A DNA stretch of 64,000 nucleotides from Gammaproteobacteria bacterium (GTDB lineage: Bacteria; Pseudomonadota; Gammaproteobacteria; Eutrophobiales; Eutrophobiaceae): assembly GCA_965243205.1 (NCBI GenBank), contig CBDEUK010000002.1:480001-544000 (forward strand), given 5' to 3'. Of the stretch, positions 31,457-41,523 are shown one piece after another. A model generated the notes under the pieces. It was not told the origin of the DNA. It did no database searches and worked only from the letters and a program-made list of their open reading frames with translations. Made by a program: the position numbers and the translations under genes. Position 1 is the stretch's first letter; each line of letters opens with the position of its first letter.

Positions 31457-31861
31457 ATGCGTAACCGTCATACGAATAACGATAATGTAGCTTCTAACGT
31501 AAACTTAACACCATTAATTGATATGGTGTTTATTTTACTTATCTTCTTTTTAGTCACCGCTTCATTTACCAAAGAGTCTGGCATTGAAGTTGACAGACCA
31601 TCGGCTAAAACAGCTACTCGTCAAGAACAAGGCACGCTTATTATTGGCGTTAATGAAATCGGTGAAGTATGGATTGAAGGCAAAAAAGTTAAACTTCGTT
31701 CTGTACGTGCACATGTTGAACGTTTAACAGCTCAAAACCCGGAAGGCACCGTAATTATTATGGCGGATAAAAAATCGAATACAGGCGTTACTATAGATGT
31801 ATTAGATCAAGTTCGATTAGCCGGTGTTTCCAATGTTTCTATTGCAGCAAAGCAAGAATAA
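31457..31861 (+). CDS. exbD: Biopolymer transport protein ExbD
   Basis: VNLTPLIDMVFILLIFFLVTASF. Confidence 0.95.
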   Translation: MRNRHTNNDNVASNVNLTPLIDMVFILLIFFLVTASFTKESGIEVDRPSAKTATRQEQGTLIIGVNEIGEVWIEGKKVKLRSVRAHVERLTAQNPEGTVIIMADKKSNTGVTIDVLDQVRLAGVSNVSIAAKQE

Positions 31862-31873
31862 GTAAATATTCCA

Positions 31874-32551
31874 ATGTGGTCTTCTTTATCACGTACTCCA
31901 GCTTTTGTTTTTTTTGCATTTATTGCGAATTTATTTATTTTTTATTTCATTATGCAATTGGTAACGAACGAAGATTTCAGAGCTCGTTCGTTTGATTCAG
32001 TCAACTTAGTTGATTTCATTCGATTAAAAGAAGAAGTAACACCACCAGATGAAGTCAAACCCGAACAAGAATTAGAAGAACCACCACCTCCCGATGAGGT
32101 ACCTCCACCTCCAGATGTACCTCAACCCGAAGTATCAAAACCAGATGTATCACAGTTGGATGTTCAAATACCTAACTTAGACATTCCACTCAATGTTGAA
32201 GGCACGCCTTTTATTGGAGATTTTGTTAAATCAGCACCAAACACATCTGATGCTGTTTCAATGAAAGCAAGTCGTGGCATATTAACGGACATCAAACCAA
32301 CTTTAAAAGTACAACCAGAATACCCACGTCGAGCGTTACGTTCAGGGATTGAAGGAATTGTTGTTGTTGAATTTACTATTACTAAAGATGGGAAAGTAAA
32401 AGACCCTGTGATTATCAAATCACCTTCAGATATTTTTAACCGTGCAGTACTCAAGGTAATTACTCGATGGCAATTTAACCCTGAAACTGAAAACGGTAAG
32501 CCAATAGAAGTCCGCGCTCGACAAAATGTAAAATTCAAACTGCAAAAATAG
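31874..32551 (+). CDS. tonB: Energy transducer TonB
   Basis: N-terminal TM helix, Pro/Glu-rich linker and C-terminal PEYPRRA...GIEGIVVVEF. Confidence 0.93.
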   Translation: MWSSLSRTPAFVFFAFIANLFIFYFIMQLVTNEDFRARSFDSVNLVDFIRLKEEVTPPDEVKPEQELEEPPPPDEVPPPPDVPQPEVSKPDVSQLDVQIPNLDIPLNVEGTPFIGDFVKSAPNTSDAVSMKASRGILTDIKPTLKVQPEYPRRALRSGIEGIVVVEFTITKDGKVKDPVIIKSPSDIFNRAVLKVITRWQFNPETENGKPIEVRARQNVKFKLQK

Positions 32552-32553
32552 TT

Positions 32554-33765
32554 ATGATGAAAATACGCTTATTACTTTCTGCTTCAATTCTTTTAACTTT
32601 AACGGCTTTTTCTTCTGTTAGCTTAGCTAAAGAACAAGCTCTATCTAGTCTATCTTATAAAGTAATATCAGCAGCTCAAGAATCATTAAGCGCGGGGCAA
32701 CCAAAAGAAGCAATTAAGAAGATACGACCATTATTATCAAAAATTAAAGATAAACCTTATGATCAAGCCATAGCGTTTCAAACGTTAGGGTTCGCGTTTT
32801 ATGAAGCGAATGATAGCAAAAATGCCAAAGCCGCATTTGCAAAAGCCATAAGTCTAAATGTACTACCAAAAGATGTGCAGCAAAAATTATTATTCAATCT
32901 AACAAAAATTTATTCCTTGGATAATGATGATAAACAAGCAAAAATCTACCTTGAAAAATGGCTTAATACTAAACCTAAAATGGATACGGACGGTTATATA
33001 CTAGCCGCAATGGTTTACTATAACCTACAACAATACCAATCGATGATACCTCATCTAAAGTCTGCAATTAAATTGAAAAAAAATGCGCCTACTAATTGGT
33101 ATGAATTATTAGGTTCTGCTTATATCCAAATTAAACAATATAAAAATGCTGCTTCAGTCTATGAATCATTGGTTCGTAAAAAACCAACTGAAAAACAATT
33201 ATGGTTACAACTTGCTACCATTTATCAATTAGCAAACAACAGTAAGAAATCATTGGCTATATCTGAATTAGCTTATAAAAAAGGCTTGTTCAATGAAAAA
33301 GAAATTTTAAATTTAGCAAACAGTTACAATTATCATAATATGCCATTTAAAGCTGGCACATTACTGGAACAAGAATTATCTAATGGCTCTATCAAACGTA
33401 CTAAAAAAACTTTAGAGCTACTAGCGAATAGTTGGATCCTTGCGCAAGAACAAACTAAAGCGATAAAAACGTTAACAACTATTTCAAAAAATAGCCCTAG
33501 TTCCGATATTAGTTTTCGACTTGGTCAGCTCTACTATGAAACTGAAAAGTGGGATAAAGCAATTGCAGCATTTAAAACGGTTGTTGAAGATAAAGATTAT
33601 AAACTACGTTCTAAAGCGCTAATATTTCTAGGTATTGCAGCATACGAACAAAATGAGTTAGCTTTATCTGAAAAATCTTTCACGCGTGCTTTATCTTATA
33701 AACAAACTAGAAATCATGCGGAGCAATGGTTGCGACAATTAAAATCTAAACAGGCAAATAGCTAA
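32554..33765 (+). CDS. Exported TPR protein (TtpD-like)
   Basis: Signal peptide, multiple TPR helices, last gene of the TonB operon. Confidence 0.85.
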   Translation: MMKIRLLLSASILLTLTAFSSVSLAKEQALSSLSYKVISAAQESLSAGQPKEAIKKIRPLLSKIKDKPYDQAIAFQTLGFAFYEANDSKNAKAAFAKAISLNVLPKDVQQKLLFNLTKIYSLDNDDKQAKIYLEKWLNTKPKMDTDGYILAAMVYYNLQQYQSMIPHLKSAIKLKKNAPTNWYELLGSAYIQIKQYKNAASVYESLVRKKPTEKQLWLQLATIYQLANNSKKSLAISELAYKKGLFNEKEILNLANSYNYHNMPFKAGTLLEQELSNGSIKRTKKTLELLANSWILAQEQTKAIKTLTTISKNSPSSDISFRLGQLYYETEKWDKAIAAFKTVVEDKDYKLRSKALIFLGIAAYEQNELALSEKSFTRALSYKQTRNHAEQWLRQLKSKQANS

Positions 33766-33778
33766 TTTATTAATAGAA

Positions 33779-35050
33779 TTAAGCAATATCAAAATTACCC
33801 TGTTCCGCAGCATTAAGTACATCGATAAATTCTTGTGCAGTTTGATATCTATCTTCTGGGTTCTTCGCCATAGCCTTATCAATAATTGATTGGTAATGCA
33901 TCATATGGGAAGGCAATCTTGGTATTTCATTATTGACATGCTGAAAAATCAACGCTGATGGCGACTTCCCCATATAAGGCTTATGTTTAGTCAGTAATTC
34001 ATAATAAATAACACCAGCGCTATAAATATCTGAACGTTCATCTGTCGGTCTACCCAAACCTTGTTCCGGACTCATGTAATGTGGTGTCCCCAATATTTGA
34101 CCAACTGCAGTTAGATCACCATCATCATATAGATTTTTTGAAATCCCAAAATCAGCCAAAGCTAAACTATCATCACCACGAAACATGATATTGGCAGGTT
34201 TAATATCACGATGAATAATGCCAACTTTATGGATAGCAGCTAACCCATGCACAATATGATTGATATATAAAGTTGCAATCTCAGCATCGAAATTAAGTTC
34301 TAAACGATGTTTAAGATCACCTCGAGGAAAAAACTCGATTACGATATAAACATAATCATTATTTGTTACACCATATTCAAAAATATTCGCAACAAATGGA
34401 TTATTCAGTTGTGAGAGTAATTTTGCTTCTTGAATAAAGCGTTTTATATAGGTTTCACTTTGAACATTAGAGATATTGAGTATTTTGAGTACAACACTCT
34501 GTTGATCTTCTAGACGTTCTGCTAAAAAAACGTCCGAGGTCAAACCACCACCTATACGACTGACAAATTTATAACTGGACGACATATCCGATGTCATTTT
34601 TGATTCACGCAATTCATCCAACATATCGTTAGCATCGCGCACTGTTTTATCATGATGAGCTTGCTTACGCGGTGTAAACTGTAGTGCGTCAGCAATCATT
34701 TCATTTAAACGACCACCTGTCACGTCGCGCTTATTAATGTAATCACTCGCGCCAATCTTCATAGCCCTCAAAGCGACATATTCGTCACCTTCAGCTGTTA
34801 GAACAATTGTTGGTGGATAACCGGAAAGAGTTTGAAATTCTTCGAGCCAAGTGAGTCCGTCTTCTTTGCCCAATTGATAATCAAGAATAACCACATCATA
34901 TTCAGACCAATTAAAGCTGTGATCGGGTTTGGGCAATCTTAGTGCATCGTATTCATGGACTTGAACATCCTCGACTTCACGTTTTAACCAAATTTTTAAT
35001 AAAGCTCGATACTCTTCTGAATCGTCTATGATAAGAACACTAATAGCCAT
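33779..35050 (-). CDS. Receiver domain + Ser/Thr protein kinase fusion
   Basis: VLIIDD, ILDYQL and DYINK receiver motifs; HRDIKPAN, DFG and GTPHYMSPE kinase motifs. Confidence 0.9.
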   Translation of the reverse strand: MAISVLIIDDSEEYRALLKIWLKREVEDVQVHEYDALRLPKPDHSFNWSEYDVVILDYQLGKEDGLTWLEEFQTLSGYPPTIVLTAEGDEYVALRAMKIGASDYINKRDVTGGRLNEMIADALQFTPRKQAHHDKTVRDANDMLDELRESKMTSDMSSSYKFVSRIGGGLTSDVFLAERLEDQQSVVLKILNISNVQSETYIKRFIQEAKLLSQLNNPFVANIFEYGVTNNDYVYIVIEFFPRGDLKHRLELNFDAEIATLYINHIVHGLAAIHKVGIIHRDIKPANIMFRGDDSLALADFGISKNLYDDGDLTAVGQILGTPHYMSPEQGLGRPTDERSDIYSAGVIYYELLTKHKPYMGKSPSALIFQHVNNEIPRLPSHMMHYQSIIDKAMAKNPEDRYQTAQEFIDVLNAAEQGNFDIA

Positions 35051-35278
35051 TGCTGTACTTAATTAAATTCCAATATTGTTCGAAAATTGATTCATTTATT
35101 ACAAATAAGATGCTAAATCATAGCAGAATTATTAACAGAGTCACGCTTTCCTTTTTAATTCAACGACTTATAGAAATAAAGTTGTTTTTATCAGTGCTTT
35201 ATGCTTGACAATATTAATTATTCTTACTGATTTAAGATACAACTCAAGAGGATGGGTTCAAGAATATATATTATTACC

Positions 35279-37039
35279 TTAAACAAAGACCATATCGAGT
35301 AGAATAGATGACACATTACTCCATTTTGGATTCATTTCATAATCCAATAATTTATGCGCCAAAGATAATTTCTTTTTATGTGATGTGAAATAAAACGGTT
35401 TTCTAGAACTGACTATGGGAAATTTAGCAACCATTTTTTCAATGCCTTCCACCATAGATGTGTTATGTATCCAACCTCTGCCACTTTGAATATTACTTAA
35501 GACAGATCCTGGATAAGCACCCCAAGCAGCAGCAGCGGTGATAAAACTTAAAGCTGTGAAAGAAGAGTTAATAGCGACCGTGCCATATTCTAAATCTGTT
35601 ATTGTCTTTTCTAGAGCTGATGAGATTTGTTTATTTTTTGCAGAACGTGGATCAATGATAATACTTGCACTTAAAGTACCCCACACTTTATTGTTCACAA
35701 AATAGACTGCTTTATTCAGAAATGCCAATTCATCTTCTGCATTGAGTGTTGTTTCACTGATCACAGCACAGAAAGGCTCATTTTGATATAACTCAAAATC
35801 ATATTGATCTTCAGATATACCTTTTGCAAACGCCCATGGTGTAGAATGTTTTTGCTCTTCTCCAAGCACTTTAAATTTCATTGAACTCATAACCATATTA
35901 TGCCAACGTTCTTTGGCTCCTGGATAATAAGCTCTTCGAGGTTCTAATTTAGAAATTTCTGTTTCTAACAATGTTAAAAATTCAGCCCGTTGCGGCCAGT
36001 ATTTATATGTGAACAATGAAACTGGAACTGAACACATATAGCCTGAGTTAAAATTTAATGAGCTTGCAATATCTTCTGCTTGGAAAGCTAACTCTTCTTT
36101 TGTGTATTTGCCTGGAAATATAATAACAGGGGAAATATTGCCTAATGCGGAAGTACTTGGTTTAGTATTAACTGGAAGGTTACGTGCCATTCTATTTGCA
36201 CGCTCAGTTCCTGGTGCTCCCCAATAAATATAGTCATGCGTTTTATTAGAACCAGTAATATGCAACTCATCTATTTCATCATGATTTAATAAACGTTTTG
36301 CTTGTTCTACCTTACCATATACGACGGCTAAATAGTTTTTTTCAATCGCTTCTTTAAATGCTTCTTCAATAAAGTAACCTAGATAAGCATTTACTGGGTT
36401 CATCTTTAAAATACATGACTTACCTTCATTGAACATTTTGGTAAGCACATCCATAGCAGGTATAGATGATAAATTACCTGCTCCTAGTATTAATACAATT
36501 TTTCCATCGTGTTTATTGTTACGATAAAAAGAGGCTCTATTCTTTTCTAATGCGTTTAAATCATAATTTTTATCCATACGCATTTCTATAGATGCTTCTT
36601 TAAATAAAGTTTTATCAATTAATCTATTTGGAAAAATAGGAATACTTAATTGGCCATTCGATAATGTAGCTGGTTGTTCAATCTTAGTAGTGCCTGTCTT
36701 TTTAATTTGCTCCAAAGATTCTTTGAGTAAGCGTAAATGGCGGAAGATACATAATGGACCTGATATCCACTCTTCTCCTTCAGCAGGTGTGCCAAACTCT
36801 ATACCTTTAGCAGCGCAACTTGCTTGAACACTACGCTTTGTGACCTTTTTAAAACCTTGGTGAATAGAATCGATAAGTGAAATACGAGATTCAATAGATA
36901 AGTTAGCAAATTCTTGTTTAGACTGATTAAGGCGCTCAACAATATCATTAATCTGATACTTATTTGTATCAACAGGTGCTTCTATCACCGGTTGAAATTC
37001 ATAATCAGAAAATGTTTTATTAAAAACTGCTGCTGTCAT
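35279..37039 (-). CDS. Aldehyde dehydrogenase family protein (atypical)
   Basis: LGAGN, LKMNPVN, LHITGS, (A)LGNISP, NSGYMC and EPFC. Confidence 0.8.
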   Translation of the reverse strand: MTAAVFNKTFSDYEFQPVIEAPVDTNKYQINDIVERLNQSKQEFANLSIESRISLIDSIHQGFKKVTKRSVQASCAAKGIEFGTPAEGEEWISGPLCIFRHLRLLKESLEQIKKTGTTKIEQPATLSNGQLSIPIFPNRLIDKTLFKEASIEMRMDKNYDLNALEKNRASFYRNNKHDGKIVLILGAGNLSSIPAMDVLTKMFNEGKSCILKMNPVNAYLGYFIEEAFKEAIEKNYLAVVYGKVEQAKRLLNHDEIDELHITGSNKTHDYIYWGAPGTERANRMARNLPVNTKPSTSALGNISPVIIFPGKYTKEELAFQAEDIASSLNFNSGYMCSVPVSLFTYKYWPQRAEFLTLLETEISKLEPRRAYYPGAKERWHNMVMSSMKFKVLGEEQKHSTPWAFAKGISEDQYDFELYQNEPFCAVISETTLNAEDELAFLNKAVYFVNNKVWGTLSASIIIDPRSAKNKQISSALEKTITDLEYGTVAINSSFTALSFITAAAAWGAYPGSVLSNIQSGRGWIHNTSMVEGIEKMVAKFPIVSSRKPFYFTSHKKKLSLAHKLLDYEMNPKWSNVSSILLDMVFV

Positions 37040-37301
37040 CTTGCGACCCTCCCTACATCAATACAAACTAAGAGGACATTCTCTAGTACTAATGCCGATA
37101 CAAAACATGAATACAAACTACAAATGGTTGGGGATAATTCCGTTTTTTATTGTTTTTTATTAAGTAATATCATATTACTTTTTCATAACAATTTCACGAC
37201 AAGAAATTATTTCATAAAAAATAATATTCAGTTTTGATATCAATCATTTAATGATATTTATTAATTTGAGATGGGCAGAAGATAATACTTTCGTACTATA
37301 A

Positions 37302-40300
37302 CTATTGAGCAGATTTAAAGTTTCCAAACTTATGCATCACGGAAGGCATGATCAATAAATTAAGTATCGTCGAAGAAATTAAACCACCAATAATTATCGC
37401 GGCCATGGGCCCCATAATTTCTCGACCTGGGTTATCGCTATCAAGTGCTATCGGCAACATGGCTAACGCTGTTACTAAAGCCGTCATTAGTATAGAAGGT
37501 AATCGTTCTTGTGCGCCACGAATCACCGTTTCTATATTCCACGACATTTCTTCAACATGAATTAAATGTTCATAATGGCTAATTAACATAATTGAATTTC
37601 TCACTGTAATACCAAATAAAGTAACAAACCCAACTAAAGAACCAACAGATAAAGAAGCTCCAGTAATAACCGCAGCAGCAACACCACCTACCATTGAGAA
37701 AGGAAGATTTAACATGATTAAAAACATGTGACGAATAGATCCAACAGCGATAAGAATTAAAATAAGAATAAATGCACCAACTAAAATAGAATGTACAAAC
37801 AATTCTTCTTTTGCTTTAGCTCTTTCTAAAGCAGCACCAGTAAATTCAGGCGAAGTCACTCCATCAAAATTAATTTTATCTAGAATTTTTTGCTCAGCTT
37901 CTTCGATGAACGATATTAAATCTCTATCTTTCACATGAGAAGTGACTGACTGTAAACGTTGAGCATTCTGATGAAGAATATTATAACGACCAGTTATTTG
38001 TTCAATTTGCGCTACATCTTGCAACTCTATAATTCGTCCATTATTTGTCTTTATAGGTAAAGAATATAGATTATTTATATTGTTTCGACTTTCATCCAAG
38101 ATAACATTAATATCCCTTATTAAAGCTCCTTCTTGATAATTTCCAACAACAACTCCCTGGTATGAAGTTTTGACAACTTCAAAAACATCTAATGGTCTTA
38201 AGCCATATTGACTCAATTCATCTTCTTGAACATCAATCGACATGACTGGAGTACCAGAAACCGCTCTAATTTGAACATCTGTCGCGCCATCTATTGTTCT
38301 TAATGTTTCTGCAATTTCTTTAGATTTTTGATCCAAAGTATTTAAGTCATTACCATATATATTGATAACGACTGGAGAGGAATATCCCGAGATTGTTTCA
38401 AAGATACGCTCTGATAAAAAATTATGAGCTTCGAATAATAATCCTGGAAAAGAAATTAATATCTCTCTTATTTCATCTAAAACTTTCTGTTGTTCCTGAC
38501 CACTTAAAGTATATAAGTCAACTTCAAACTCGCTGTAATGACTACCAAAACTATCAGCACTTCTTTCTGCTCTACCAGCCCACTGAGAAATAGAGCGGAC
38601 GCCATTTATATTGATAATTTCTTCTGAAATATTATTACCAGTTCTAATAGATTCTTCTAATGCAGTTCCAGGTTGCATAGTGGTATGGACAATATAATGC
38701 CCTTCTCTTAATTTAGGTAAGAAGCTACCACCCAAGTCATGTAAATATGAAATCCCAAACAAACATAAGACTATCGATAAAATTAAAGTAAGAATTGGCA
38801 TTGAGCAGGTAGCACGTAATACCCATGAATAGATAGGCTGGATAAATCTTAATAAAGGAGGTTCATTAGATTTCAAATTATCATTAGCGAGTAAGATATA
38901 AGACAATGCTGGAGTTACAGTCAAAGCAACGAATAACGACATCATAATTGAAAGAATATAAGCTATTCCTAGTGGAGAAAATAATCGCCCAGCTAAACCA
39001 CTTAACGTTAGTAGAGGAATAAACGCTGCAGCCACAATAAAAGTTGCATAGACAACGGAACCTCTTACCTCCATAGATGCATCATAAACTACTTTTGATA
39101 ATGGCTCTGGATTTTTTAATTTTCGATTTAATCTTAATCTACGATAAATATTTTCTGTGTCGATAATGGCATCATCTACTACTTCTCCTAATGCTATAGC
39201 CAAACCTCCAATGATCATAATATTAAGATTTATTCCCGCTTCAATAAGAACAATAATTGCACTCATCAAAGATAAAGGAATCGCAACTACAGATATAAAA
39301 GCTGTGCGAACATTAAATAAAAACAGAAAAATTATGATGACAACAAAAAAACCACCTACTAATAAATGTCCAAAAATACTTTTTATTGAGTTTTCAATAT
39401 AGTTTGCTGGGCGAAACAGATCGGAATAAAGCTTAATGCCTTGTTTAGTTAAAATAACTTCGTAATCTTTTAATACATTTTCAATGTTATTTGTAACAGC
39501 AAGCGTGTTTGCATCGAATTGTCCTATTATCATCATAACAATACCTGAATCACCCATAATCGATGCTGCACCTATCGCAGGTTCAGGCCCATAAAAAATA
39601 TCTGCTACGTCTTCTAGATAAATAGTATTTTCAGTAAATTGTTTTAGTACTATACCTCCAATATCTTCTGGCTTAATTGTTTTACTATCAAAACTTAAAG
39701 TGATTCTTTGATTAGAATTTTCTATAAATCCAGACCCAAAAATCACACTGGCTTTTTTAGCACTGTTTAATACTTCGTCGATACCTATCGAATACAGTTT
39801 TAATTTTTCAGGCTTTATTTGTATTTGTAATTGCTTAACATGCCCACCAAAAATATTAACATCAGCAACTCCAGGAACACTTAATAAACGAGGAACCAAA
39901 CCAGAATCAACAACTGTTCTTAAATCGATTAAATCAAGAATGTCTGATTGCACACCGATTGTCATGACAGTTGCTGAAGATGATGCCATTGGTGCTGGAA
40001 CAACAGCACCAACACCTTCAGGTAACTGGCTATTAATACCCATAAGACGTTCATTGATAAGTTGTCGATTACGAAAAACATCGGTATCTTCCTTGAAAAA
40101 AACATTCACGATGGATAAACCTTGAATAGATTCCGAACGAATTTTATCTAACCCTATCATTCCCATTAAGGCATTCTCTATTGGCTGCGTTACTAAAACT
40201 TCTACTTGTTCGGTGGAAAAACCGCGAGCCTCAGTTTGCAAAACAACCAGTTTAGGAGAAAATTCAGGAAATATATCTAAACCCGCATTATTGATTCTAT

Positions 40301-40385
40301 ATGCTCCATACAAAATCAACATACAGGATATAAAAATAATTACCCCACTGTATCTAATAGAGAAACGAATTAGTGATGCAAGCAT
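37302..40385 (-). CDS. CusA/CzcA-family RND efflux permease
   Basis: DIFPEF, EVLVTQPIE, GEVVDDAII..ENI, ERLPSILMTAL and PMAAIIIGGL. Confidence 0.93.
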   Translation of the reverse strand: MLASLIRFSIRYSGVIIFISCMLILYGAYRINNAGLDIFPEFSPKLVVLQTEARGFSTEQVEVLVTQPIENALMGMIGLDKIRSESIQGLSIVNVFFKEDTDVFRNRQLINERLMGINSQLPEGVGAVVPAPMASSSATVMTIGVQSDILDLIDLRTVVDSGLVPRLLSVPGVADVNIFGGHVKQLQIQIKPEKLKLYSIGIDEVLNSAKKASVIFGSGFIENSNQRITLSFDSKTIKPEDIGGIVLKQFTENTIYLEDVADIFYGPEPAIGAASIMGDSGIVMMIIGQFDANTLAVTNNIENVLKDYEVILTKQGIKLYSDLFRPANYIENSIKSIFGHLLVGGFFVVIIIFLFLFNVRTAFISVVAIPLSLMSAIIVLIEAGINLNIMIIGGLAIALGEVVDDAIIDTENIYRRLRLNRKLKNPEPLSKVVYDASMEVRGSVVYATFIVAAAFIPLLTLSGLAGRLFSPLGIAYILSIMMSLFVALTVTPALSYILLANDNLKSNEPPLLRFIQPIYSWVLRATCSMPILTLILSIVLCLFGISYLHDLGGSFLPKLREGHYIVHTTMQPGTALEESIRTGNNISEEIININGVRSISQWAGRAERSADSFGSHYSEFEVDLYTLSGQEQQKVLDEIREILISFPGLLFEAHNFLSERIFETISGYSSPVVINIYGNDLNTLDQKSKEIAETLRTIDGATDVQIRAVSGTPVMSIDVQEDELSQYGLRPLDVFEVVKTSYQGVVVGNYQEGALIRDINVILDESRNNINNLYSLPIKTNNGRIIELQDVAQIEQITGRYNILHQNAQRLQSVTSHVKDRDLISFIEEAEQKILDKINFDGVTSPEFTGAALERAKAKEELFVHSILVGAFILILILIAVGSIRHMFLIMLNLPFSMVGGVAAAVITGASLSVGSLVGFVTLFGITVRNSIMLISHYEHLIHVEEMSWNIETVIRGAQERLPSILMTALVTALAMLPIALDSDNPGREIMGPMAAIIIGGLISSTILNLLIMPSVMHKFGNFKSAQ

Positions 40386-40400
40386 AACCTTTTACTTGTA

Positions 40401-41522
40401 TTAAGGTTTATCATCTTCATCTGGAATAAAATTTCTGAACTCTTCAGATAACAATAATTGTGCTCCCTCAACGACAACTTTATCACCAGGAGTAAAATTT
40501 TCTGAAACGAACCAACCTGAGCCCGTGTCAATAGGATTTACCAGTGCTTTTTTTATGAAATATTCATCGTATTCCTGAACATAAGCCCATGGCACGCCTA
40601 GGTGCCAAATGATGGAAGAATCAGGAACAACTACACCATGAAGATATCGTTCGTTTTTGGGAATCCAAACATTGAGTCTCATACCAGGTCTTAAATTTTT
40701 TGAATCTGTATGTAAATAAAAACTTTCTCCTTGTATAGAACTATTAATTACGTTTGAAGCTGAGATTAAACTAGCCTCTCGCGCTTCTAATCTATTATTG
40801 TTTTTATTTATAAAAACAGTTTTAATATTTTCAGGCATTGTTTGATTTGGCTTTAAACTCAAAAGAATAAGTGATTGTTTAAAACCTAATAAGTCTTGAT
40901 ACAAATCCGATTTATCAAATAATACTATTTCAACTAACTCTTTGCCCCATTTTTGGGTCATACTATTTTGATGATTCGTAAGAGAAATTTTAAGTCGATT
41001 AAGTTTAGACGCATCAAGATCTTTCAGCACTTTAGCTTCCAATAACTTCCTTGAAGAAACATTATCTGTTCTACTGTTAAGTTCTTTTAAGTTCTTATAA
41101 ACATTTGTGGTATTCGCTAAATTAATTTTAGCAATTTCGATATCTGCTATGATTAATTCATAAGCACTCTTATCTTTTTGTAATTCTTCTAAAGAAATAA
41201 CATTTGCATAAGCTAAGATTTCTTCCCTGAATTCTTGAATTTTAACCACTTCAGTTTTTAAGCCACTTATAAATTGTTGCTGCGCATTAAGGTTCACATA
41301 AATTAAATCATTTTTTTGTACCAATCTAAGTGGAACATCATCATCGTCATCATCTGAAAAATCTTTCTCCTCATCATTATTGCTATCGCCATCTTCCTCT
41401 AACTCGGAAATTTCGAAATTCTCTCCAAAAAATGAACTCATAAATGATGTTTTTTCTAACAAGAGCCAAGTGATAATTAAAAATATAATGGCAACAATGA
41501 TAAATCTGATAAAATTTTTCAT
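40401..41522 (-). CDS. RND periplasmic adaptor (membrane fusion protein)
   Basis: N-terminal TM helix, acidic linker, helical hairpin, LRPGM and GDKVVVEGAQLLLSEEF. Confidence 0.85.
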   Translation of the reverse strand: MKNFIRFIIVAIIFLIITWLLLEKTSFMSSFFGENFEISELEEDGDSNNDEEKDFSDDDDDDVPLRLVQKNDLIYVNLNAQQQFISGLKTEVVKIQEFREEILAYANVISLEELQKDKSAYELIIADIEIAKINLANTTNVYKNLKELNSRTDNVSSRKLLEAKVLKDLDASKLNRLKISLTNHQNSMTQKWGKELVEIVLFDKSDLYQDLLGFKQSLILLSLKPNQTMPENIKTVFINKNNNRLEAREASLISASNVINSSIQGESFYLHTDSKNLRPGMRLNVWIPKNERYLHGVVVPDSSIIWHLGVPWAYVQEYDEYFIKKALVNPIDTGSGWFVSENFTPGDKVVVEGAQLLLSEEFRNFIPDEDDKP

Positions 41523-41523
41523 G

